NCBI GenBank assembly: GCA_964106645.2
Contig: OZ067045.1
Direction: 5' to 3' (one strand)
DNA length: 64,000 nucleotides
From: Podarcis pityusensis
Lineage: Eukaryota
The notes under the pieces were generated by a model. The model had not been told where the DNA came from. It ran no database searches and saw nothing but the letters and a program-made list of their open reading frames with translations. Made by a program: the position numbers and the translations under genes. Below are positions 25,091-38,577 of the stretch, one piece after another (the first letter of the stretch is position 1; the number at the start of each line of letters is the position of its first letter).

Positions 25091-27317
25091 TAATTATGTT
25101 CTGATAGCCACATTAGCCTGAGAGGTACAGCTTTGCTCAGTTCACACAGGAATTCATAGAAATCAAATTCATCAGACATCCCTAGGTTGGATAAAAAAAC
25201 CAGACATTGTGTATAAAGAGATATCAGTGAAACAGCCCAACAGGATATGACTCTGTGGCAGTGCTTATAAACAGCTATTTTTGCTCCCTGTATGTTAAAA
25301 TTACTTTCTGCAGCTCTAGGGATGGCAGTCACCTTCTGCCCTCTCTTTCCCCCGATCCAGCAAGGCCATTAAGAGTTTCTCCTGGAATTGTACCAGAGTA
25401 TTTGTCTCCTTTATAGCAACTGCCACCCAGAGTATACAACCTACACCAAAGCACTTCTGACCTGGCCTCTGTGAGTGAGAGGGGAAATGGTGGCACGTCG
25501 CATAGAGGCAATAACAATACTTCGTGGTGTTGCAGCTCTGAGGGTTGTTGGAAGTGTTTTACAAGCCATAGATTTCAGAGGCTGAAAAACTACAAAGTAT
25601 ATAACATTTCTCTCTCTCTCTCTCTCTCTCTGGCATACACACTGGAAGCTATAACCAAGGCCATTCAGATCATGCAAGTATAAACATGCAAAATTAGCTA
25701 TCTGCAATAATTTTAACCCCTCTCCCTTCTGTCCTCACAACCACCCTGTGAGGTAGGTTGAGCAAATACTTCATGAGTGGCTCAGACATAAGCAGACTTT
25801 CAATGCAAGAGGAAGTCCATTGCCAGCATAGCTCATTCGAGTGGGGACAGCCATATTCTGTGTCTAAATCCATTTAAAATGGATTCCTCCTCCCTCCCTA
25901 CAACAGACTGTAGGAGCCAAGCATTAGAGGACTCACACAATAGCCTAGAAAATTATCAGGATTCCCACCATCCGGATTTTCTTTGTTTAATCTTTAAGCA
26001 TTTCATTCAACAGTCAAAGCTCATGAAGTATGGACCTGATTTGTGCTTAAACATGAGACCACTGGGAATCTAGCTAAATTGTGCAAGGACTTGTTTATTT
26101 CAAAATTACATTTGAGTTTTGTTGTTATTGTTATTAGAGATGCCATTCATTTTGTTATTCATGAAAATCATATTTGGTCTCTTACATGATAATTAAAGTC
26201 ACGTTTGTTTCATTACATTCATTCTTCTTTCATATGTTGCTTCCCCCACTCCTCAACCCCTTTCTTTTGGCCAATTAAGGCAACATTGAAACTGATTCCA
26301 TTACCTGCCCCTTGGAGGCCACCATTTTATTTTGCCAGATCCCCTGACATGACATTGTTATGGGGAAATCTGGGAGTGAAATGGTGGCCCCTACTGGTGG
26401 ACACCATTGCCCCACCCCACAGAATGCCCCAGAATGATTCAACACGAAGGGCAGCTAGATAAAATAGAATGGTTGCCCTAAGGAGACAGCCAGTGAAATC
26501 AGTTCTACTGATCCTAGTGAAGAGATGCCACCAAATATGTTTTCTAAATAATCTACAGAATCTTTTAAAATCAGGGGTCGGCCTCCCAAAGTGGTCAATA
26601 ACCAGGGATGATGGGAGTTGCAGTCCAGCAACATCTTGGAGGGCCACACATTCCCTATTCTGTCTCTTAAATAGTGGGCACCACATCAACATGGACCAGT
26701 TGCTGCTAGAGTGTTTGATCAGCTACTGCTACCTGGGCCACAGTAACTCTCCTACAGTTTTTCTGGTGTAATGCCAATGTCAGTGAGATGAGGCGCAAAT
26801 TCAGAAAGGCTCTCCCCATTGCCACTCTTGATGGTGCAAAAAAAAGGGGGGCATATTAGATTGGACTCTAAGCCACAAGCACTCCACGGAGATTGTACAA
26901 GACTGACATTAATGAAAATAAGATTGGATGCAAATGCAGAGAAAGTCCACGGGGGGCAGACCAGAGTGACACCACTATAAATAGGATGAGATGTAATTCT
27001 GGAGTAACTTTAACTTGGCTTACTATCGAGTGACATTAATGTTCGGGTTTTCAGATGGATACATGGGAGATCTTTTCTTCTTTACTCTTTTTCCAAGATG
27101 AGGTGAGATAAATCATCAGCCCTAACTTCACAGCTTCATTCGTAATCTGCAAAATCTGCACTTTTTGTCAATTTTTGGGAAAGCTACAAAGATTGGCGAA
27201 GATGTTCCATAAGAGCCTGCCTAAGCAAGTGGTCAAAGTTACCTTATTGTTATATTTTGCTTTTCCTCCAAGGAGCTCATGGTGGTAAACATGGAGGATA
27301 AAGCTATTAGTGTCTAC

Positions 27318-27492
27318 TAGGCATGATGGCTATGCTCCGTCTCCATGGTTGGAAGACACAGGTGGTGAAGGTGCTCTTGTGCTTGGGGTCCTGCTGTTGG
27401 ATTTCCCACAGATGTATGGCTGGCCATTGTGAAAACAGGATAGTGGACTAGATGGGCTATTGGCCTGATCCAGCAGGCCCTTCTTATGTTCT
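27318..27492 (+). mobile_element. CR1-type 3' UTR fragment
   Basis: ggatagtggactagatgggctattggcctgatccagcaggcccttcttatgttctta; reverse-orientation copies near 11050, 49450, 61310, 62600. Confidence 0.7.
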
Positions 27493-28529
27493 TAAAGGGG
27501 TCAGGCTGGTGATTTACCAGCTTGTGTAAATAAAGGAAAAGAAAGGGAGGATGCTGGTCACTAGTCACTGTGGTTAGTTGGCCCCTCTGCTCTCATAATT
27601 GGCCTCATTACATGTTCCTGTGCTGCAGAGCATCTAGACCAGGGGTTGCCAACATGGTGTCCACAATCCTCTGAGCCCCCCAATCAGAGGGTGGCTAACT
27701 TTCAATCCCTTGAAAAGTACATCAAACTGAAAGAGGAAGTTGGAAAAGTTCAACAGGGGCAAACACTGAAACTTTGGAGGAGCAGGAAGCTTGGGGCCAG
27801 TCCCACCGTCTGGATGATTGCAAGTAAGATGGCAAGAAGGTAGGCACTGGCTGGGGCTAATGGGCAGTGTAGTCCAAAACAGCTGGAGGGCACCAGGTTG
27901 GCAAAGGCTGGCATCACTCATCCCCTGAGTTGCCAATGTCCAGCACTCATTTAACTGCAATTAAAAGGGGTGGAGTTTTGGTGTAAATGTTTGGCTTGCC
28001 TCTTTTCTAAAGCCTCTTCCACTAAAGGTCACTTGAGATGAGATAAACAGGCTGTCACCAAGCTGGACCAATTCTGTCTGAGTTTTGAGGGCAATGTAAG
28101 ACATGGCTTAATGGAGCCAGACAGGGTAGGTGAATCACTGGAGCAGATAAGCCCCATCCATAATGAATTTTCTTCTTTGTGCCGAGCTCCTCTACCCGCC
28201 AGGAGCCCCCTAACGCCTTTAATTTAAAAGCTCTGTAATCTATTCCCTTACCTGCTGCTTCTTAAACTTGTGTTGATTTCCTCCTCTGGGTCTCTCAGGC
28301 AGCCTGACATTCTCCACTGTCTTCTGCTTCTCCTTTTGTTTGCTTTCCCTTTCTTCCTGGTGAGTAGCCGCAGGCCGCTCTATTCCCTTTCTGTTGAGGT
28401 ACTTACAACAGGCTCCCGTCCCTTCCTTTCCTTTTTCTTCATTCCTTTCTCTAATGCACAGAGACATGAAATCTGCTGTGAGTGTGTACATTAGGTTTGG
28501 GTTTCTTTTGCATGTTTCCGTCACACCAA

Positions 28530-28812
28530 GGCCACATTCACACCAGACATTTAAAGCACTATTATATCACTTTAAATAGTTGTCCCAACCCCCAAAGAGT
28601 TCTGGGAGCTGTAGTTTGTTAAGGGTGCTGTGAGGTGTTAGGAGAGCCCTATTCCCCTCACAGAACTACAATTCTCAGAGCTCCCTGTGAAGAGGGATTG
28701 GTTGTTAAATCACCCTGAGAATAGTAGCTTTGGCAGTAGACTAGGGGTCTTCCTAACAAGAACCATGACTTTAAACGGTATGGTCCTATGGATGTATAGA
28801 GCAGATGTGGTC
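28530..28812. mobile_element. Non-autonomous DNA element (Harbinger-like termini)
   Basis: Starts ggccacattcacacca; internally palindromic ctgggagctgtagttt / aactacaattctcag; related pieces near 38935, 39140-39315 and 54807-54935. Confidence 0.55.
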
Positions 28813-29139
28813 TCAGTTGTTGTGAGGATAAAATGGGATAACTTTGGGGAAATGTGTAGAACCCCTGTCCTAAGAAATCTGTTTAGTCTCTGTAACCCTA
28901 TTATAGCTTCTCTTAAGGTTCCTGAGACATTTTACTTTGGGATGCTCCCCAAATCACGTTAAATTTCATTCTTGGAATAAACTGAGTTAACTCTAACCTC
29001 ATGGGTGCTGCTGACTGCTTATAAGAACAGTGAACTACAAACTCCATGAAAACATAGCTAGTTGGGCTTCCAAAAAAATCAGATGGGTGAAATCATATAA
29101 CGAAGAAACTGCCTTATACTGAATCAGAGCACTAATATG

Positions 29140-29740
29140 ATGCTTAATATTTCAAAGAAAAAAAATCTCAAAGCAGTTTACAGCACACTAAAACATCAGA
29201 TAAAACAATCCATAATAAAACATTATGGAAGAAAGTCAAATATAAAGTTTATATTCAAAGCAACATAATTAACAGGAAACTAAAATATTATCTTGAAGAT
29301 TTCAAAATAAAACATTATAAAGGAGATCAACTACAGAATGCATATTCAATACAGCAAAGTTTGCAACAAATATCTTAAACATTTCGAAAAAAAACATTAC
29401 TAAAGGAAGTTAGATATCAAATGCACATTTAAAACAACATAATTAACAAGAGAATAAAATATTATCATAAGCATAGAATACACAGTATCTGCTGATCTTG
29501 CTGCCAGTCCTGCCAGTGGTGGTTCATAGTGGGCGGTGGCTGTCAAATCTAAGTCTCGATGACCTAGGTCTGCAGTTAAGAGACTCCCAATATGGTCTTT
29601 GGCCTCCCTGTGGGGATGGGACCCTGACTGACTCCAACTACAAAAGCTAGGACTGCTGTAGTTGGAGTCAATCAGGGTGTCTCCCCAGGTCAGGTGGAAA
29701 AAGCCCTCAAGGCAGGAAGCAGGTCTTCCAGGACTCAGCC
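29140..29740 (-). mobile_element. L2-like 3' region (same family as 45858-46240)
   Basis: Reverse complement of tcctggaagacctgc...ctgccttg...gactccaactaca matches 45858-45945; ctcaaagcagtttaca is a reversed L2-type end. Confidence 0.55.
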
Positions 29741-30289
29741 AAGATGGTCCAGCTTATCAGATTCCAGCTGAGTGTCTGCCAAACCTCCCCATGCATAACT
29801 TCCTTGCATAGCTAACACGAAAAGGCCTGTAAACAAGAGATGTTTTGTTAAAAAAGAATCTGAAAGTGAAACCTCTTCTTCTGTCTCAATGACCCATCCA
29901 AAATCTAAAGCTCTAATTGCCGGGTGGGCATCGCAGCTGGATGCCGCTTAAATTGGTTATTATGCCAAGAGAGAGAATTGTTCCCTTTGATGCAGAATAT
30001 GCAACCAGATGAGACAAAAACTTTTGAGAAAGCAAAGCTTTCTTTTCTTTTTTCCCCTGCATGACAATCCATAACAATAAAAGAACATCAGGAGAAGATT
30101 GAGGCCCAAACCATCCAATTAGCTATATGGATGCCTTGTAACATCCACAAGGAGACATCCCTTCTCTTTGTGTTTCCTTAAAGAGTCTCTTTGGTCGTTT
30201 AAAAAAGCTGTGGCATTTCCATGCATTTGAATCATCTCGCCTTTGGGATCCAGAATTTGGTTTAGCTTCAGCCAATTTGCTTCTGAAGC

Positions 30290-30545
30290 AAGAGTTTAAG
30301 GTGTTGAACAACTTGGGGCCTGGTTACCTGAGACAGCATTTGTGCCTGACTACCAAGATCTCAGGATGAGAATCTCTTGCTTGTGCTAGAGCCAGTGGAT
30401 GTACATCTGGCAACTACCAACAAGAGGACCTTCTCTGTAGTGACACCCAGTTTATAGAACCACCGCCACCTAGAAATAAGGCAGGCATCACTGAGTTTCG
30501 GAACCTGCCAGAAAGCACATTAATCTATCCAGAACTTTGAGGGCT
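30290..30545 (+). mobile_element. Degenerate L2 RT-end fragment
   Basis: aacaacttggggcctggttacctgagacagc...gaggaccttctctgtagtgacacccagtttatagaac resembles the L2 C-terminal GPGYL...RAFSVVAP.LWN region. Confidence 0.6.
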
Positions 30546-33279
30546 TCTGATACCTGTCCTTGAGAATTTATTACATACCCTCCAATATTTGGCTAATGAA
30601 AATCGGGACACCCATCTTTTGGTTCCCAGAACCAAAAGATGGGTGTTTTAATTATTATTTGATTTCCTCACCTCAGCTCTGGCCTCTGAACCACAGGTTG
30701 TGGTGGCGGCAGCTTCTGCTGCTCCCGTTGAGGAAGAGGCAGCTCCCAGTCTTGGCTGGTCTACAAAACATATGGCCAGAAGCAGCAAAGGAAGTGGCTG
30801 GAGCTGAACAGGGCCTGCCATTCCTGGCACTGAACTCAATGTGGCCTTCAGGCCCATTGCCAGGAACACCCAAGACCAACGCTCACATCCCTCACCTTGG
30901 GATTCTTCTTAAGGAGTCTCTGTATTAAAGATGTCTCGAGATCTTTCGCAAAGGTGTTATTTTCTCCAGCCATGCAACGGAAGCCTTAAATACGCCCTGC
31001 CCTCTTGCTCTGCATCCACCTCTTTTATTTGAAAAGAGGGAGGCATGTCTTTTGGTGCTGCTGGCTAATTTGCAAGGAGCAGGTGGCAATTGGAGGGCTC
31101 TACAATTCCAGGCTGTACAATTTCCTCCGGCAGAAAAACTTCATTGATCAGCATTTGGATTTATGCAAGTAATTATAATTACCCTTACTGCCCCCTCATC
31201 TCAATGTCATTTGGAAAGTGGGAGTTCAGAAAGGCGATAATAGATCTCCTGCTCAATTCCTCTTCTAGTGTCAGTATGGAGTTTCAACATGCTACCACAA
31301 CTAGTTCCCTGTGTGCTAGAGACACCTTCCATGGCCCTCCTATGGATCCCTTGAACTAGCATTGCTATAAATCAGGGATGGGAAACCACTCTCAGTCTGA
31401 GGGCCATATACCCTTCTAGGAAACCTTCCGGAGGCCACATGCCAGTGATGGGCGAGCCTCACAAAACCTCTTCTCAATCTCCCTCCAGGCAAGTAAGAAG
31501 CATTATCAGAATTCAAGGACACATTCCAGCCAGGCAAAACACTCAAGGCATGGCTGGTGAGAGCTGTGACTGCAGAGCTTGTGTGACCTGGGGCCGGACA
31601 GAGAAGCCTGGAGGGCTGCATGTGGCCCCCAGGTTGGAGCATCCCCATCCCTGTTATAAATGCTTCTGGATAAAGCTTGGGGTTTCTTTGGGCAACAGTG
31701 AGCTTTGACCTTATCTGCCCACTGTTATTAAGGGCCCTTTGGGTAATTCCTTTGCCCTTGGGTGTTTGATGGGTGGCACCCCAGGAGAGGGCATCCTCTA
31801 TGGCAGCCCTCGAGTTGTGCAACTCCCTCTGGCACCTTGATTGTGTAGCTTTCATCACCTGTACCTCTTTACCCTGGTCTTTGACAGCTGAACGATATCT
31901 ATAGGAGTCACCTTGTCCTTGTGATGTAAATTGTTCTAACAGATCTTAAAATTTTATTTTTTTAATTGTTGCAATCTACCTTGGGACCTAATGGTGAAGA
32001 AAGGAAGGTAGGAAATCCTATAATTAAATGAACGAATATCTGTCCTGGTTTGACTGAGGCTCTGGTCCCAGGCATCCCTACTCATCACCCTGCAAATCTA
32101 TAACCTGCCTACAGCCAGGAACATCGTGACATGAAAACACAATCTCTTCAATAAAAGAAAATGAAAGTTCTCTTTTGTTGGGCCATGGGCAGAAAATTGG
32201 GATATAGATGTATACAACAAATAAATGTGAAAGAAGCAATAGCTTCATAATTATTTTTTACTTACTATTTTTAACTGAATACTTGCAAGCAAGCCACGGA
32301 AGTCTGTCATCCCCTTGCTTTTTATTTTATTTATTTTTATTTATTTTTTTAAATGGTCCCAGCACAATGAATTATTTAACATGGAAATATCTCATTAATT
32401 CTCAACAGGGCCTTAAATATCTTGTGTAACTGGGATAATTCAAGGTAATGAGCACGAATCTGTACCTATTGTGGCCTGTACCTGTAGGATGTTATTTGAA
32501 AGAGGACTTCATTATTGCTTTTGCTATCATCATTGGCTCTGTAGTATAGTAATTATTTGGAATGCAAGAGGTTCAAGTTCAATGCCTGCCATCTCCTGAA
32601 ACCTGGAGAGACCCTGTCAATCAGGGTAGGCAACACTGAGCTAGATGGAAAGGTCTGTAGTGCAGTGGTAGAACACATCCTTTGCACAGAGAGGGTCTCC
32701 AGTTCAATATTGTCTACACCCCTTGGCCTTCTAGATATTGCTGAACTACAGCTCCCACCAGCTCCAGGAAGCATAACCAATGGTCATGGAAGATGGGAGT
32801 TGCAGTTCCACAACATCTGGAAGGCCATTGATAAGGTTGCCATGTGTCCTCTTTTTCCAGCACACGTCCTCTTTTTCAGGGGTAAAATTTGAGACAAATT
32901 GCATTTATTTGCTTTGAATGGCCGTCATGGTGTCCTCTTTTTTGCTCTTCAAAATATGGCAGCCCTAAAGGTTTCCCTTTCCTGGCCACGTAACACTGAA
33001 CTAAATGGACCAGGCTTCATATAAAACAACTTTCCATCCTGTAAAAATTAGAAGCTCTTAGAAGGGCTGTGACTCAGTGGTGGTGAAGCACAGGCTTTGC
33101 ACATGAAAGGTCCCTGCTTCAATCCTAACATCTCCAGGCAGGACTGAAAAAGGAACATACCCTACCCAAAATCTTGGAGAGCCCCTGCCACTCAGTGTAG
33201 TCAACACTGAGTTGGATGCACCAATGGTCTGACTCATTGCAAGGAAGCTTCCAGTGTTCCTATGTGTGTGTCTGGAATG

Positions 33280-33830
33280 GTAAAAGGCTGGTGTTATTAA
33301 GTGTCTTTAAGTGGACCAGGCCCTACAATGCTTGGATCTAATTAGTTACAAGCACTTCTACTTTGGTGACAAAGCTGGATTTTAACACATGGAACGCTCC
33401 ATTCCTGGCATGGCGATGCATGTTAATTACTGGCAGCAGCTGCTGAACAGCAAAGCCTGGCGCAGTTGTGATAAAGGCGAGGTCTGTGTAAATCCAACCA
33501 GACTCATGCCACTCAGGCCTAAATACTTTGTTTTAATATCTGTAGCCAATCCCAGGGCTTTTAGGCAAATAGTATTTTGTAAGACATAAACAGAGGGGGG
33601 AGAGGGAGGGGAGAGAAAGAGAGAGAGAGAGAGAGAGAGTGCCTGTCCCAGAGCCTGTCCTCGCTGCATCTTGAAAAGAGGTAATAAAAATGAATAGACT
33701 TTATTCCCCTGGGGGGCTCATTCGATCTCAGCCTCCATTCTTCTCACACTTGCTTTCTCGTCACATCTTTTCCCTGGCCTTGCAAAGATCAGGACTTGAG
33801 GAGAGGAAGAAGACAATTTACTGCAGAGGG
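33280..33830. promoter_or_regulatory. Putative conserved non-coding element
   Basis: TE-free; TAATTA twice, CAGCTG, TGATAA, TGTAAAT; CpGs retained; conservation not tested. Confidence 0.4.
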
Positions 33831-34308
33831 AGCAGGAAGTTTTTACAATGGGCTGATTTGCAGGTCCAGAGGGTGGAGTGCAAACCAGATTCGTTCAAGG
33901 TTTGATACTTAAGTCTGATTTGGGTAGAGACTGAGCTGAAGCTGAGACTGAAAAAATGCTATAGAGAGAGAAACCAACTCCCAGTGTTTGTTATTTCTGC
34001 AGTGGCGTCCTCATCCCCTGATTGTTGCTGCTGGCAGGAGGGGGTAAGGATATGGCCAAGGAAGTTCCACTTCTGCAAAGGTCCCTGCCACACTCAGCTT
34101 GGTGGGATGTCATTGCTGGCAGCAGAGAGAGCCTTTGGTCCATCTAGCTCAGTATTGTCTACGCTGCCTGGGAATGACTGAACTCTCTCTGTCCCAACTG
34201 AAGAAGCCCTTGGTTGAATTTGGGATCTTCCACATGAAAGCAATTTATTTATTTTAATTTTATATCCTGCTCTTCACATGTGTCTCACCACTGATTTACT
34301 AAATGTAA

Positions 34309-34700
34309 TGTTGCACGCACCCTAATCTCCAAATGGTGTGAGACTCCAGGGGTTGCAATGCTTACCCAGGGTTTGATTTCCTTGGAATGAAGATCGACAG
34401 AGACTGTGGTGTCTTTAGGATATATGGTTTTCTCTACACATATACACATCCTGAGCATAGGATGGAGGAGCTCTCAGCTTTAACACCTCAATTGATCTTG
34501 TGTTCCCATTAAATTTCATAAGAAGCCCCAAGTCACAGCTCTTGAGTCCAGCACAGAGCACATCTCTGTGTCTGCAGCTTCCAACCTCAGCCCCAAAGCT
34601 TCTCACACACCCTACACTCCCATACATGGCCCCTCTTGGCTTATTGTTCTCCATCCTAGAATGAGATGGCATCCAGCCAGGTGAGCTGGGGAAAGGCCAG
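34309..34700 (-). mobile_element. Partial solo LTR, family A
   Basis: Begins tgttgcacgcaccc (reverse complement of the ...gcgtgcaaca end); colinear with 3932-4300 (gtctttaggatatatggtttt, ggatggaggagctc, aagccccaagtcacagc). Confidence 0.7.
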
Positions 34701-36828
34701 GACTCAAAAACCTATTCCATAAGTTTAAGGATGGAGGAACAGACTTTCTCACTGTCAGGCCTCTTAGGGTCAAACAGGGGGCTGCAGAGGGGACTCAAAG
34801 CCTCTTCCTTAAGATCATGGATACCAAGCCAGTCACATTCATAGATTACATAGCACCCCAAAAATAAATTATTTTGTCAATGGGACCCCTAAGGTTCTGG
34901 GGCCACACAGAGGGCTGTGGAGACTTGAAATCTCTCCTATATAGTCAGGAGCAGTGAGACAATTGCATAAAGGAGCCACAAGCCATCCCTAAAACCAAAA
35001 TAGCACTTTCAGGGGAATCCTATAGCAGTTCTAAAAGAAAGTGAGACTTCTGGTGAAATGTGAGAGAGACACCTGCCTTTTTTAAGTTTGATGAATGGCA
35101 GTTCTCTTCTTTTTTTCTGGTTCAGGAATGTCAGCACTGACTGGCAGTGGCTCTCCAGGCTCTCCAGGGTTTCAGGCAAGAGAAGCCGCCTGGAGATGTT
35201 ACAGATTGAACCTGGACCTTCTGCATGCAAAGCAAACCTTAATCCACTGGCCTAAATCTCTTCCTCAAAGGTAAGAACATAAGAACACAGGATACTGCCC
35301 TATATTCTCCAGGATTTCAGACTGGTGTCTCTCCCAATTCTATTTGGAGGTGATGGGGATTGAACCTGGGACTTTTTGCATGCAAAGCAGATTCTCTACC
35401 ACTGAGCTATGGGCCTGTCCCAACTTCTGGAGTGCCACAGGTTCCCCACTCATGCTCTGGAGGCAACTGATGGCCTGCTGATGTGAAAAGAATGGCAGAT
35501 TACATGGGTCTTAGTCTGGTCCAGCCAGGCATTTTGTATGTTCTTATGCCATGTGTGGCTGTCACTGGGCATCTGCCTGGATTTAAAGAAGGCTCTCAGG
35601 TCCTATGGCCTTTGGCTCAGTTCAGCAGCTCTAGGCATTGCCCTTCTGCCAGTGGAGCAACACTGCAGGTGTCAAGGTCAGGGAAGATGTGAAGCTGCTT
35701 CCATGATATTAATATTACATTGGGAAGATGTAATGGAGAATGTGAATGAAGGCTATCAGTCACCAGCTCATAATCCATCACACAGAGGGTGGAAGGTGAC
35801 AGTGACTTTTGTTTCTTGTACCAGCTCTCTTTGGCAAGAAAAGCACAGGAGGAATTTCCCCAGAGTGAAGCCTGTTAACTAGTAAAGTACAATCAATATA
35901 GGTGTGAGTCACCCCAAACCTTCCATCCACTGGTTTCAATCTGGAAAGGCTTAAGTATAATAGCAGCTGGAGGAGGAGAGGGCAAGAGGCTATGGAAAGA
36001 ACTGTGAGTGGAGTGGTGTCCTTTCCCCATCCTTGGAACCCCCTGGGAAACTCACCAAACCTGCTGAACCTGAAACTGTGTGTGGAAAGTGTAGCTGGCT
36101 GCTGAATTAGACTATTTGCTATTGTTGTAGCAAAGCAACGTAATTTTTTAAATTAAAAAATGTAAATGAAGCTTCATAAATAGTTTTTTTAAAAATCCTT
36201 CCCTGTTGTGCTTTAACACCAACAAAAAAACATAGAGCTCTTCAGTGCTTTGCAGGCAATATTTTGGACAGTCTCACTCTTTGTAAGCTAAAACTCATGG
36301 ACCTAGAGAAACAGTTATGAGTGCCAAATAGCTCTGCAAATAGCTCTGTACAGCAATAGCAGAGTTCCACAATGCTCTATGGGGGCCCTGATCCACCTCA
36401 AAGTGTATAAATGACATGGTGCTTTGACTCAGAAGGTGGGACAGACCCCCAAACAACCCTGATTTGCCTGATTAATTGGCCTACAGTCAGAGCTGATGCA
36501 GACTTCTAATGCATATTATTATTAGGAAAGAAAAGTGAAGAAATAGAAATTTAATGGACTGTGCATTGTTTCCATTTACTGAAAACTGCATTCCATGTTT
36601 GGAAACAACTAACTCTTTCTGTTCCAAACAATAAACAACATCCATTTTTTTACCCAAAAAATAATTCTTACCTTAGTCTCCTTTTGCCTTTGATCTCAAA
36701 AAGTGTGTAACATTTGCCACTGAAATGAATGCATTGCTATATTTAACTTTTAATATCATATTCATCACCTCATGATATAGATTTTCCAGGCAACATATAC
36801 AAGAAGTTAAATGAAAACAACTTTATAT

Positions 36829-37389
36829 TGTTATTAGTTTGGGAGTTCAATCTGGATGATGCCCATGGGTTCCTTCCCAGGCCTGTTTATAATCTTCTAG
36901 TAGAAGAAACCAGTTCCTTTGTTAAGGTAATGACTTCGGCTGACTAGTTAAGTACTGCTATTTTCCTTATCCAAATAGATTGCTCTTTTGCTATAGATAC
37001 AAATGGGTGGACCTTTCCACACCTCACCTGGCTGGATGTCACCTCATCCTAGTTTGGAGAACAATAGAACAAGGGGAACTGTATATGGGCCAGTTTTGAG
37101 TGAGAGTTTTGGCTGATGCTGGAAGTTGGATACAGAGACACCTTTTGCTCTGTGCTAAACCCACAGTCAGCTTTGGGGTTTCCCTGGAAACATAATGAGG
37201 AAGCAAGGTCTACTGGAGTGTTAATGCTGTGAGCTCCTCCATCCTTTGTTCAGGTACTCTATTTGTGTAAATAAAAAGATATATCAACTACAGACTCTGT
37301 TGCCCTTCATTCCAAGGAAACTGAATCCTATGTTAAGTTCATGAACCCCTGGAGTCTCTTGCTACTCAGTGACCGGGACGCATGCAACA
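36829..37389 (+). mobile_element. 561-bp solo LTR, family A, ATAT TSD
   Basis: TGTT...AACA termini; ATAT at 36825-36828 and 37390-37393; AATAAA near 37270. Confidence 0.75.
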
Positions 37390-37468
37390 ATATTTAAATA
37401 TAAAGTTGCATTTGTTTAACTGTGTTGCATGTTGTCTAGAAAATCTATATTATGAGGTGACTTGTGCA

Positions 37469-37509
37469 ACAAACAAACAAACAAACAAACAAACAAACAA
37501 ACAAACAAA
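37469..37509. repeat. (AAAC)n microsatellite
   Basis: About 10 tandem AAAC units. Confidence 0.95.
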
Positions 37510-37599
37510 GTCAATCCTACTTTGTCTTCCTTCTCCCAATGTACAATGACCACCCACTCCTCCCTCCCTCAGCCCAGGGGACTGCCCCAGATAGCGATC

Positions 37600-38000
37600 T
37601 CAAAATCTACAATTTGTGCAGATGGTTTTCCCATCACTGACAAACCTGCACACAGGAGCCCTGTTGCTTCGAATCCCTTAAATGCAATTACCACCAAACA
37701 GAGCCCAAGCCGCAAGAGTTCAGGCGGCTGCTACTCCTGTTGAATGTACAATTAACAAACTAATCTGAAGATGTGATAATTGATGTCACTTCATACCGAG
37801 CCTACGATAACAAAAGAAGCCTGAGAGATCTCTCTCCCGTCCTGCCAGTGACATGGAACTGGGAAATTTAATCGCATCAATACGGGGGGTCAGACACTTG
37901 GAAGCCATTTCCATATTTATTGACAAATTTAATTTACACCCTGAATTTTCACTTTGCCAAGTGTAATCTTTAACAGCAGAATGTATTGGTCTTTAGCAGC
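37600..38000. promoter_or_regulatory. Putative conserved non-coding element
   Basis: TE-free; acaattaacaaactaat, gataattga, tgacaaatttaattta motifs; CpGs retained; conservation not tested. Confidence 0.45.
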
Positions 38001-38577
38001 TGGCAACCCTCCCCCCTTTTGTCTTTCAGACTTTTTTCTTCTTTTTAACACAAAGGTGCTGATTTTTTTTTATTTAAAAAATCCATATGGTTGTAACAAT
38101 TTCAAAGAAAAAACTTTTAAGTGTCCATTTTAAGAACTGAGATGCAAATTAATTGCAGCACACAACAATCTGGGAAGGAAGCAGCAGAATAGGAAATTAT
38201 ATGGTTGTGAAGCACTCATACACATTCTTTGACTGAAAGAGGACTCTCAGGGCCTCTTTCTTATCAAGAACCGTGTGTGGTCCATGCTGGTTTCTCTGAA
38301 GCTGGAGATTTGATGATTTTATGTTATTTTATTGCAGGGGTGGCCAATTAGGTGCCCTCCAGACTGTAGCTCCCATAATCCCTGATCATTGGCCATACTG
38401 GCCAAAGTTGATGGGAGTTGGAGTCCAATAATATCTAGAAAGTCACAGGTTCCTCATTTTGTGACCTAGACTGTGGAACTCATTCTTTGAAAGGACACGG
38501 CAACCATCTCCAAAACAGGCTATTTCAAAATTGGTTGGTATAAAAGTGCAATCCTGTTTTTTAAGCACCCTTATGGT

